In this document: piece after piece, positions 1 through 7,994 of the stretch
Position numbering within the stretch: the first letter of the stretch is position 1
Layout of the letters: each line of letters starts with the position of its first letter
Source of the DNA: Bacteroidia bacterium
GTDB taxonomy: Bacteria > Bacteroidota > Bacteroidia > Bacteroidales > VadinHA17
Assembly: GCA_026391215.1 (NCBI GenBank)
Contig: JAPLDX010000079.1
Span: 1 to 10,846, forward strand
DNA: 10,846 bases
Direction: 5' to 3'
Program-made: the position numbers and the translations under genes
Notes under the pieces: generated by a model
Seen by the model: only the letters and a program-made list of their open reading frames with translations
The model's database searches: none
Told to the model about the DNA's origin: nothing

Positions 1-24
1 AAAATCGTTTGTGGAAAAAAAGAT

Positions 25-32
25 TATTTTTG
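25..32 (+). promoter_or_regulatory. Putative Bacteroidota primary-sigma -7 promoter element (TAnnTTTG)
   Basis: TATTTTTG at 25-32 matches TAnnTTTG exactly, just upstream of the CotH CDS. A TTTG at 8-11 is only 13 nt upstream, shorter than the canonical -33 spacing. Its position favours ATG at 52 over ATG at 37 as the start codon. Confidence 0.45.
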
Positions 33-36
33 GGAA

Positions 37-2079
37 ATGTTACCATATTTTATGAGACCGTTTTATTTCATTACAATATTATTAGTACTCCTTGCTGATA
101 TGGCGGGCGCCCAGAGCTTCACTGACAGCAACCTTCCCATTATTATTATCAATACTGACGGCGCTGAAATTGTTGATGATCCGAGAATTAAGGCGACAAT
201 GAAAATAATTTACAGGGGCAAAGGCCAGAGAAATTATGTGACTGATCAGAATACTGCGGCATACCTGGATTACAGTGGGAAAATAGACATAGAGATCAGG
301 GGATCTTCTTCACAATATTCATATAAGAAGCAGTATGGCTTTTCGACAAAGCTGGCTGATGGAGTAACAAATAATAACGTAAAGCTTCTGGGCATGCCTG
401 CTGAAAATGACTGGATACTCAACGGAATGATCTTCGATTCAGCCCTGGTTCGCGACTACCTCTGCTTTAATCTATCAAGGCAGATAGGGGAATATGCTTC
501 CAGGACAGCTTATTGCGAGGTAGTTATTAATGGCAATTACCGGGGGCTTTACATGCTTGAAGAAAAGATCAAGGCAGATGATAACAGGGTGGATGTTTAT
601 AAGATCACTGTAAATGATAATTACATGCCTGAGGTTACCGGCGGTTATATCATCAAGGCTGATAAAACAACAGGAGGCGATCCTGTAGCCTGGAAAATGT
701 ATGCATGGAACGGTGGGACGGTCGATTTTATTCATGAGTTTCCCGACCCTGAAACCGTTACCGAGCTACAGTCCAACTATATCAAACGCCAGTATAATTT
801 ACTAGAATCAGCAGTCACTAGCGGGGACTATTCGCCGGCAACCGGCGTTCCTTCGCTGATTGATATGCCCTCATTCATTGATTACATGATAATCAGCGAG
901 CTCTCATCGAATGCAGATTCATACCAGTTCAGCACATATTTCCATAAAGACAGGAACGGAAAGATAAGGTCTGGGCCTGTATGGGATTCGGACCTTACTT
1001 TTAACAATGATCTGCACATCTGGGGTTATGACAGGAGTAAGTATAACGTATGGCAGTTCTCGAATGGAGATAATGAAGGGCCAAAATTCTGGCGGGACAT
1101 GTTTTATAATAACAAGTTCAGGTGCTATCTTTCAAAAAGATGGAACGAACTTATCCTTCCGGGTCAGCCATTGAATCTGACAAGCATAAACAACCTGATT
1201 GATTCAACAGTAGCATCAATCAGTGAGGCTATCTTTAGGGAAAATATAAAATGGAATAATGTGAAGGACCACCAGAAGAGGATCGCAGAAATCAAATCCT
1301 TTCTTGAGAAAAGAATCCCGTGGATCACTGCCAATCTTGGAAACTGGTCGGAATGCAGCAATGTAGCGGTTCCTGAACTTGTGATAAGCAGGATAATGTA
1401 CCACCCGGATACAACAATCTCATATCCTTTAAGTGAAGAAAGGGAGTTTATTGAGATAACAAATGCCGGAGATAATAGCGCTGACCTTACAGGAATCTAT
1501 TTCGGCGGTACCGGATTCAGTTTCCAGTTTCCGGCCGGATCATCACTTGCCCCGGGTGCATCATTGATTCTGGCAAGCAACTTTGCGATATTCTTTAACC
1601 AGTATAAAATGTCGCCTAATAGCCAGTATGCGAGACACTTATCAAATAAAAGCCAGAAACTGGTACTGGCTGATGCTTTTGGAAATGTAATTGACAGTGT
1701 CACTTATCATGATTCTGCTCCCTGGCCCGATGCAGACGGCAATGGGTATCACCTGAAACTTATTGATCCACTTTCGGATAACAGCATTGCTGAAAACTGG
1801 ACAGCTTCAAATGAGATTCTGATCTCCGGGGATGAGACCCCTTCGGAAAAAGATCTCTTTTTATATCCGAATCCTGTAACTGATTTATTGGGAATAAATA
1901 CAATTTATGAGATCAGATCCATCAGCCTGTTTGATTTAACAGGCAGGGAACTTGTTTCTGAAGAAATAGTCAACTCATTTGAATTTTATATTGAAATGAG
2001 GAAATATGATCCCGGAATTTATTTTGTTAAAATTATAACGATCCGGGGGACATATATTTGTAAAGTCATAAAGGTTTAA
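37..2079 (+). CDS. CotH kinase family protein with lamin-tail domain (LTD) and T9SS type A C-terminal sorting domain
   Basis: Signal peptide ending MAGA|Q, with the start possibly at ATG 52. CotH-like motifs: IEIRGSSS, KKQYGF, NDWIL, YCEVVINGNYRGLYMLEEKIK, NADSY..STYFHKD, GPVWDSDLTF. LTD-like segment at about 1372-1800 (LVISRIMYHP...EFIEITN...DLTG...FPAGSSLAPG). T9SS CTD at about 1855-2076 (LYPNPV...LFDLTGR...GIYFVKI...KVIKV). Confidence 0.9.
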   Translation: MLPYFMRPFYFITILLVLLADMAGAQSFTDSNLPIIIINTDGAEIVDDPRIKATMKIIYRGKGQRNYVTDQNTAAYLDYSGKIDIEIRGSSSQYSYKKQYGFSTKLADGVTNNNVKLLGMPAENDWILNGMIFDSALVRDYLCFNLSRQIGEYASRTAYCEVVINGNYRGLYMLEEKIKADDNRVDVYKITVNDNYMPEVTGGYIIKADKTTGGDPVAWKMYAWNGGTVDFIHEFPDPETVTELQSNYIKRQYNLLESAVTSGDYSPATGVPSLIDMPSFIDYMIISELSSNADSYQFSTYFHKDRNGKIRSGPVWDSDLTFNNDLHIWGYDRSKYNVWQFSNGDNEGPKFWRDMFYNNKFRCYLSKRWNELILPGQPLNLTSINNLIDSTVASISEAIFRENIKWNNVKDHQKRIAEIKSFLEKRIPWITANLGNWSECSNVAVPELVISRIMYHPDTTISYPLSEEREFIEITNAGDNSADLTGIYFGGTGFSFQFPAGSSLAPGASLILASNFAIFFNQYKMSPNSQYARHLSNKSQKLVLADAFGNVIDSVTYHDSAPWPDADGNGYHLKLIDPLSDNSIAENWTASNEILISGDETPSEKDLFLYPNPVTDLLGINTIYEIRSISLFDLTGRELVSEEIVNSFEFYIEMRKYDPGIYFVKIITIRGTYICKVIKV

Positions 2080-2086
2080 CCGGCAA

Positions 2087-3226
2087 TTACTTCCTCGTAT
2101 ATACATTTGGTTTCTGTATATCTTTCAGAAAGAGACTCCTGGGGGAATTGTAGAAATTAAGAAAATCATCCGGGAATGGCTGATTCTTATTTCCCATAGG
2201 AAAACGTGGCATATACGTATGCCTCCATGTAAGAACATATCCTACAGAATACTTGCTGACAACTGGCAGGAGTACTGTTGACCACCAGTCTGCCTTACCC
2301 CATCTGCCGCCGGTTTCACTAAGTGCGGTCAGCTTGTTCCTTTTTGCAGCCTCGGCGGTAACAAAGCCCAGTGCATTGTTGAGTTCGGCACCAAACTGCT
2401 CTCCGCGGTCGTACATATCAATAGAAAGCATATCAATTATATCATCGCCCGGATAGCCTTTCATATACTGTTCAAGGCTGGTTACCATGTCGGTGTTGTA
2501 GGCATAAAGAATGTTGTGAATCTTCTTTTTACCACGTAAGAAATTTACAGTATACCTCCATAGGGCGGCATATTCCTCATCAGTGCAGATGTTTGTCCCC
2601 CACCAGAAAAAGGAACCGGAATGTTCATGATATGGCCTGAAAATGAAAGGAATAGGTTTCCCTTTATCATCTTTCAGCCCTTTAAAGAAACCGGCAAGGC
2701 GATCAAGCCATGTATTAAACAGTTCATTGTTTTTTCCTCCGGGAAGTATTGAGGCAACCACCTCTTTGGAGCTTACATCCCAGGCTGTTCCTCCCTGTCT
2801 TTTCCTGGCAACTTCCGGGTCCTGCATTGTCAGGGGATTATTCAGGTGCCAGCTGATGGTGATGATTCCTCCTCGTTTGTAATGGGCCTTTATCTGATCG
2901 GCCATCTGGGAGAAGCTTACTGAATCGAGGCTTCGCTCATCCCCGAGTTCAAGGTGTCCCAGTTCAAATCCGGCAACCGCAGGATAGTCACCGGTAAAAT
3001 CCTTTGTATCAGAACGATTCTTTTCATACCACCATTTATATCCGTACATCAGGTCATCCTGGTGACCGTACATTATTCCCTTGTTCTGAAGCTCATATAA
3101 TGACCGGAACAAGTTGACAGTCTCCTTTGTAGCTTTTTTGTCCGCAGGTCCTGGAAATTTCTGGGCAAAAGAGCTAAGTGTGAACAGTGCTGATAAGATC
3201 ATTAATATAAAAGTTCTCATAATCAT
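2087..3226 (-). CDS. Glycoside hydrolase family 26, probable endo-beta-1,4-mannanase
   Basis: Signal peptide ending SSFA|Q. GH26 motifs: GHQDD, GDYPAVAGFELG, TISWHLNNP, FRPYHEHSGSFFWWG (acid/base Glu201, codon 2624-2626), YPGDDIIDMLSIDMYD, ALSETG (nucleophile Glu304, codon 2315-2317). Alternative start at ATG 3220. Confidence 0.92.
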   Translation of the reverse strand: MIMRTFILMILSALFTLSSFAQKFPGPADKKATKETVNLFRSLYELQNKGIMYGHQDDLMYGYKWWYEKNRSDTKDFTGDYPAVAGFELGHLELGDERSLDSVSFSQMADQIKAHYKRGGIITISWHLNNPLTMQDPEVARKRQGGTAWDVSSKEVVASILPGGKNNELFNTWLDRLAGFFKGLKDDKGKPIPFIFRPYHEHSGSFFWWGTNICTDEEYAALWRYTVNFLRGKKKIHNILYAYNTDMVTSLEQYMKGYPGDDIIDMLSIDMYDRGEQFGAELNNALGFVTAEAAKRNKLTALSETGGRWGKADWWSTVLLPVVSKYSVGYVLTWRHTYMPRFPMGNKNQPFPDDFLNFYNSPRSLFLKDIQKPNVYTRK

Positions 3227-3253
3227 TGAGTTATTTCTGTAAAATATAATCGG

Positions 3254-4582
3254 CTATTTTTTATCATGCAGGATATCAGAAGATAGTTCTTTCATTAATC
3301 GGTACATGAACTCAATACCGTTATAAAATTCCTGAACTCCGATACGTTCGTCTTTTCCATGAGCACGGACATCATCAACATCACCGAACATTCCGGAGAT
3401 CCCATAGACAGGAATACCTGCAGAGCGGAGCCTTTTACCATCAGTAGCTCCTGTTGCCATTATTGGAGTTACAATTACCCCCGGCCACATTGAATCTGTA
3501 AGGTGATCAACTGCATCAAGGACATCTTTCCTCAAGGGAGACATAGGCCCCGGATTTGCTGCATAAGAGCATGTTATACGAACCTGGGGATCATTGACAA
3601 TATTTATAAGTGTATTTAATACATTTATCTGATTATCATCCGGTAATAACCGGCAGTTGACATTAGCCCTTGCAGTTTGAGGCAGAGCATTATTTGCATG
3701 GCCGGCAGTTATTATTGTTGCAACACAGGTTGTGCGCATCAGGGAATTGTAATGAGCTGAAGATCCGGCAAGCCTGTTTGCTGCTGAAGTGTCGGGAGGT
3801 ATTTTCGCCACGGCCATCATATCTGCCCTGGTCTGACCGGATTCCTGCTGAGCGTTTCGTTCAAAGAACATACGGGTTGTTTCATTAAGGTCAAGAGGAA
3901 AATCATAGCCGGCAATATTTATCAGGGCTTCCGAGAGATGATATATTGCATTATCCTTTAGCGGTAATGAGCTATGGCCGATAAGATCACGGCGGTTTGC
4001 AATAAGCCATTGGATCCCGTTAGCGGAACCACCTTCCTCATGATCGGTCAGGGCTATAATTATGTCGCGTTCAGGAATGAATCCTTCCTTTTTAAGTCTT
4101 ATCAGATTGACTATCAGGTCAGCATCCTCATTTTTCATATCAGTAGTGCCGCGTCCATAGAAATAGCCTTCAATCTCCCTGAATATGAACGGGTCGAATG
4201 ACCAGTCCTGCGGGAGCGCTTCAACCACATCAAGATGACCGATAAAGAGGAGAGGAGGCAGAGTGCCTTTTCCTTTCAGGCGGGCAACCAGGTTCATGTT
4301 CTGAGGAGATGGCCCCACAATTTTTATGTCAGCTTCCGGGAAGCCTTCATCTTTGAGCCGCGCAGCCATAGCTTCAACAGCTTTTGTGCTTCCCATGTTC
4401 GCTGTTGTATTGATCTCTATCAGCTCTCTGAATATATCACGGGCCAGCTTCTGATTTTCAGTTAAGTTTTGCAATGAACCGGATGCCTGAGGGAAAGCCA
4501 GCTTTGGACAAAGAATAAGAACGACAGAAAAGAATAAGACTATTATGAACTTATTACTTCTGACAGTTAAAATATATTCCAT
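3254..4582 (-). CDS. M20/M25/M40 family metallo-hydrolase (exported); probable internal in-frame deletion, possibly inactive
   Basis: Hydrophobic N-terminal signal. Motifs: GHLDVVEA, W.FDPF, YFYGRGTTDMK, DHEEGG, GHSSLP..NAI, GHANNALP.TA.ANVNCRLLP, GATDG, AHGKDER. The spacing between EEGG and GHSS is unusually short (see findings). Confidence 0.88.
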   Translation of the reverse strand: MEYILTVRSNKFIIVLFFSVVLILCPKLAFPQASGSLQNLTENQKLARDIFRELIEINTTANMGSTKAVEAMAARLKDEGFPEADIKIVGPSPQNMNLVARLKGKGTLPPLLFIGHLDVVEALPQDWSFDPFIFREIEGYFYGRGTTDMKNEDADLIVNLIRLKKEGFIPERDIIIALTDHEEGGSANGIQWLIANRRDLIGHSSLPLKDNAIYHLSEALINIAGYDFPLDLNETTRMFFERNAQQESGQTRADMMAVAKIPPDTSAANRLAGSSAHYNSLMRTTCVATIITAGHANNALPQTARANVNCRLLPDDNQINVLNTLINIVNDPQVRITCSYAANPGPMSPLRKDVLDAVDHLTDSMWPGVIVTPIMATGATDGKRLRSAGIPVYGISGMFGDVDDVRAHGKDERIGVQEFYNGIEFMYRLMKELSSDILHDKK

Positions 4583-4723
4583 AGAATACAGTATGAGTTA
4601 ATAAATTTACGATTACTTAAGGGAATAGCAATTCTTATTTAAAACGAATTTTAAAATATATTTTGTTAATTTTTCAATTGAGATATCCAAATTCATTGTA
4701 TTATATTAATTTGGTATTATGAG

Positions 4724-7156
4724 GTGTTTTATATTTCTATACTTTACTTTATGGTTACTAAAGAATCTTTCAGAACTGGTCTGATTAAACGTATTCCGGC
4801 TCTCGAATGGCTCCGGAGTTATTCTCTGAAGCTTTTAGGCGACGATTCAGTATCCGGTGTAACACTTGCAGCTTACGCAATACCTGTTTCACTGGCCTAT
4901 GCCACACTGGCCGGATTACCCCCGCAATATGGTGTTTATGGTTATATTATAGGAGGCATATTTTATTCCATGCTGGGCACAGGCAAACAGCTTGCTGTTG
5001 GTCCGACCTCAGCGATCTCAATGCTTATCGGAGTAACACTTGCCGATCTTGCAGCAGGCGACGTTCAGCGCTGGGTCGACCTGGCATCATTATCAGCCCT
5101 GATATTTGCCGCTTTTGCAGTCCTGGCATACCTGCTGCGCCTGAGCAGTATTATCAATTTTATAAGCGAGATTGTGCTGGTGGGCTTCAAAGCCGGTGCG
5201 GCAATAGCGATCGGAATGACCCAGCTGCCAAAGCTTTTTGGCGTTCCGGGAGGAGGAGAAAGCTCTTATGACCGTTTTATTATACTGATAAAACAATTGC
5301 CTGACACAAATATTACAGTACTGATATTTGGGATTGTCGCAATTGCTTTAATGATTGCCGGACAGAAATTCCTGCCTGGTAAACCGGTCGCAATATTTGT
5401 CGTGATTTTATCTATCCTCGCATTATCATTTACTCCACTTGGCACAATGGGATTTAAAACTGTTGGCGTTATTCCCAGCGGCTTGCCTGAAATTCGTTTA
5501 CCTGATATGAATTTAAAGGATATTGGCAGCATAGTTCCCCTGGCATTTGCCTGTTTTCTTTTAGCATATATAGAAAGCGTCTCAGCGGCAAGGACTCTTG
5601 CACAGAAGGGAGGTTATGAAATCGATGCCAGGCAGGAACTTCTTGCTCTGGGTGTTGCCAATCTTGCCACATCTTTAGGACAGGGATACCCGGTGAGTGG
5701 CGGTTTGTCGCAATCTGCAGTAAATGAAAAAGCGGGTGCAAAAACCCCGATGTCGATTGTGATCGCGTCAATTACCATTTCCATCTGTCTTTTATTTCTG
5801 ACAGGATTGCTGAAAAATCTGCCAACTGTTATCCTGGCGTCGATTGTCCTGGTTGCCATTAAAGGCCTTTTTGATATAAAGGAAATGAAACGATTGTGGA
5901 GAGTCAACAAGTTTGATTTTATTATTGCAATGACGGCGCTTGTAGCCGTATTAATATTCGGGATATTAAAAGGTGTGCTGATAGCGGCACTCTTTTCACT
6001 GACGTTAATCATCAGGAATGTATCCAGTCCTCACGTTGCATTTCTTGGCCGGATCCCTGGCACGAACAGGTATACTGATATCAAGCGTCATCCTGATAAT
6101 GAGCTGGTGCCAGGAACAATTATATTCAGAGTGGAATCTACCCTGGTATATTTCAACGTGGTGACTGTTTATCTGACAGTATGGAATAAAGTAAAGGAAA
6201 TGGGTTCCTCGCTTAAGGTAGTGATATTTGATTTAAGCACTTCTGCCACAATAGATTCCAGTGGCGCCAGGCTTATCAAGAGACTTTATGAAAACCTCAA
6301 AGCCAGAGGTATTGAATTTAAGGTAGCTGAAGCACATTCTGAAGTACGGGATACTTTAAGGTATGAGGAAATTGAACATCTGCTGGGTCATGTCAGCAGA
6401 CGTGATACCCTTCATGATGTAATCGTAGCTGCAATAGGAGAGAGAGAACCGGATATTAAAAAAGCACCGGTAAAACCCAAAACCATTCTTCCACCCGAAA
6501 TTGTTGCACAAATAGTGCTGGGCAACAATTATTTTGTACAGACGCATCCGCGTGAATACTTTGAAAGCTTCAGCTACGAGCAGAAACCATATATCACACT
6601 TGTTACATGTTCCGATTCCCGTGTACCGCTGAATTCCCTTATGCCTGATACTTCCAACAAGGTTTTTTCCATTCAGAATATAGGTAACCAGATCCTGTCA
6701 ACAGAAGGTTCAGTTGATTACGGTATTTATCATTTAAAGACCCCGATGCTGTTTTTCCTGGGACATTCCGATTGCGGGGCCATTAAGGCGTACCTGAAAG
6801 GATTTGATCAGGAGACTTACAATATTAAGCATGAGCTCGACTTTTTAAGACCTAATATTAAAGAAGCATCAACTGAAAAAGATTTTCAGAAACTGCACAC
6901 ACAGATCATCGAAAAGAATCTCGACTACCAGGTGAATATTGCCTGCAAGAAATATAAGGATCTTGTTCAGGCTGGTCAGCTGACAGTTATGGCCGGTTTC
7001 TATGATTTTGGGGGAGAATTTGGCAAAGGCAAGGGCGATATTGTCATTGTGAATATAAACAAGCACAAGGATATTTATGAAATGCGCAATCTTCCCATAT
7101 TTGATCTTTTGTCACAGGCACAGAAAGAGTTGCATATTAGCAGGCTGCCGGAATAA
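4724..7156 (+). CDS. SulP/SLC26 anion transporter with STAS domain fused to a C-terminal beta-carbonic anhydrase
   Basis: SulP signature IPVSLAYATLAGLPPQYGVY...GPTSAIS, many TM segments, QELLALGVAN and GAKTP. STAS at about 6100-6430 (IFRVESTLVYFN, FDLSTSATIDSSG). Beta-CA zinc motifs CSDSR (6608-6622) and GHSDCGA (His 6764-6766, Cys 6773-6775). The true start is probably ATG 4751 rather than GTG 4724. Confidence 0.92.
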   Translation: MFYISILYFMVTKESFRTGLIKRIPALEWLRSYSLKLLGDDSVSGVTLAAYAIPVSLAYATLAGLPPQYGVYGYIIGGIFYSMLGTGKQLAVGPTSAISMLIGVTLADLAAGDVQRWVDLASLSALIFAAFAVLAYLLRLSSIINFISEIVLVGFKAGAAIAIGMTQLPKLFGVPGGGESSYDRFIILIKQLPDTNITVLIFGIVAIALMIAGQKFLPGKPVAIFVVILSILALSFTPLGTMGFKTVGVIPSGLPEIRLPDMNLKDIGSIVPLAFACFLLAYIESVSAARTLAQKGGYEIDARQELLALGVANLATSLGQGYPVSGGLSQSAVNEKAGAKTPMSIVIASITISICLLFLTGLLKNLPTVILASIVLVAIKGLFDIKEMKRLWRVNKFDFIIAMTALVAVLIFGILKGVLIAALFSLTLIIRNVSSPHVAFLGRIPGTNRYTDIKRHPDNELVPGTIIFRVESTLVYFNVVTVYLTVWNKVKEMGSSLKVVIFDLSTSATIDSSGARLIKRLYENLKARGIEFKVAEAHSEVRDTLRYEEIEHLLGHVSRRDTLHDVIVAAIGEREPDIKKAPVKPKTILPPEIVAQIVLGNNYFVQTHPREYFESFSYEQKPYITLVTCSDSRVPLNSLMPDTSNKVFSIQNIGNQILSTEGSVDYGIYHLKTPMLFFLGHSDCGAIKAYLKGFDQETYNIKHELDFLRPNIKEASTEKDFQKLHTQIIEKNLDYQVNIACKKYKDLVQAGQLTVMAGFYDFGGEFGKGKGDIVIVNINKHKDIYEMRNLPIFDLLSQAQKELHISRLPE

Positions 7157-7179
7157 TATCTGTTTCCCGCTTTCTGTCT

Positions 7180-7956
7180 TCAGGGTGTCGCTTTAACTGA
7201 CTTTTTTGCCAGTGTAAATACCAATCCAATGCTGAAATGAGTTGCTTCACCAATATCCAGATCTCTGTCATTCAGGTGCCAGATATAAGAGATCTGAGCC
7301 TGGACTTTTATCTTTTCCCAGCCTCCTCGAAGGGTGGCAGCCGGTTCCAGGAAAAACTGACCGTTATTTGAAATTGAATTAAGGTCATCATACAGATATG
7401 TATTCCCGTAAATATTGTTCTCTACACTCATGAAAGACAAGCTGGAAAAACGAGCTGATGCTATGAAATCGAACACGCTGTATGTTACTCCGAAAGAAGG
7501 CTGGATGAATAGTTTGAAAAACGCCAGATCTGAACTCCCCTCATATTCTGTTGAGATTGTACCAGTAAACGAATCGTAATGAGGTCCTGAGTATTCATGA
7601 TGCTGGGAACTTCCTCCAAAACCGCCATATATTTCGAAAACGCCATAATCCTTTATTGGCTTAAAATAACCAATCCCTCCGTCCAGGCAGGTTCCCCTGC
7701 CATAATCTTTATCGGATACATCTCCACCCCAGGCTGACATAAAATTTGCCAGTACGCCAATCTTGTCTGAAATGGCATAAGCAGCCTGGGCTTCAATACA
7801 ATTCGATTCGTCGCCGAATCCAAACGTTCCTGAAAGACGATACTGATCCTTCTCTTTGAATAACGGAACATTCTGGGTATCAGCTACATAATAATAATGA
7901 CTGCAACTGCTGAGTAAAACCACAGAAAATAGAATTGTTACAGTAAACTTTTTCAT
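7180..7956 (-). CDS. Hypothetical lipoprotein with outer-membrane beta-barrel-like sequence
   Basis: From ATG 7956 (the ORF is open to 7968): MKKFTVTILFSVVLLSS|C, a lipobox with Cys18. The mature part is Gly/aromatic-rich with alternating beta-strands (IEAQAAYA, IGVLANFM, LDGGIGYF, FEIYGGFGG, LFIQPSFGV, FFLEPAATLRGG, FSIGLVFTL). Confidence 0.75.
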   Translation of the reverse strand: MKKFTVTILFSVVLLSSCSHYYYVADTQNVPLFKEKDQYRLSGTFGFGDESNCIEAQAAYAISDKIGVLANFMSAWGGDVSDKDYGRGTCLDGGIGYFKPIKDYGVFEIYGGFGGSSQHHEYSGPHYDSFTGTISTEYEGSSDLAFFKLFIQPSFGVTYSVFDFIASARFSSLSFMSVENNIYGNTYLYDDLNSISNNGQFFLEPAATLRGGWEKIKVQAQISYIWHLNDRDLDIGEATHFSIGLVFTLAKKSVKATP

Positions 7957-7994
7957 CCGGACAGGCAATATTTAAAGGTTTTAGAACTTATGTC

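Noticed and set aside
475-1703. Short minus-strand ORFs (62-86 aa) within the CotH gene
   Set aside because: Antisense shadows of a well-supported CDS with no recognisable motifs.
2253-4465. Short plus-strand ORFs within the GH26 and M20 genes
   Set aside because: Antisense shadows. None carries the segment missing from the M20 protein, so a frameshift does not explain the gap.
4583-4750. AT-rich divergent intergenic region as a source of specific promoter or operator calls
   Set aside because: It probably holds divergent promoters, but I found only near-matches to TAnnTTTG (about 4657-4665 and 4706-4713) and no convincing palindrome.
4807-7066. 154-aa alternate-frame ORF and several antisense ORFs in the SulP-CA gene
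   Set aside because: They overlap a strongly supported CDS and have atypical composition (e.g. Cys/Arg-rich) with no motifs.
7653-7871. 72-aa alternate-frame ORF in the lipoprotein gene
   Set aside because: Nested out of frame, with no supporting features.
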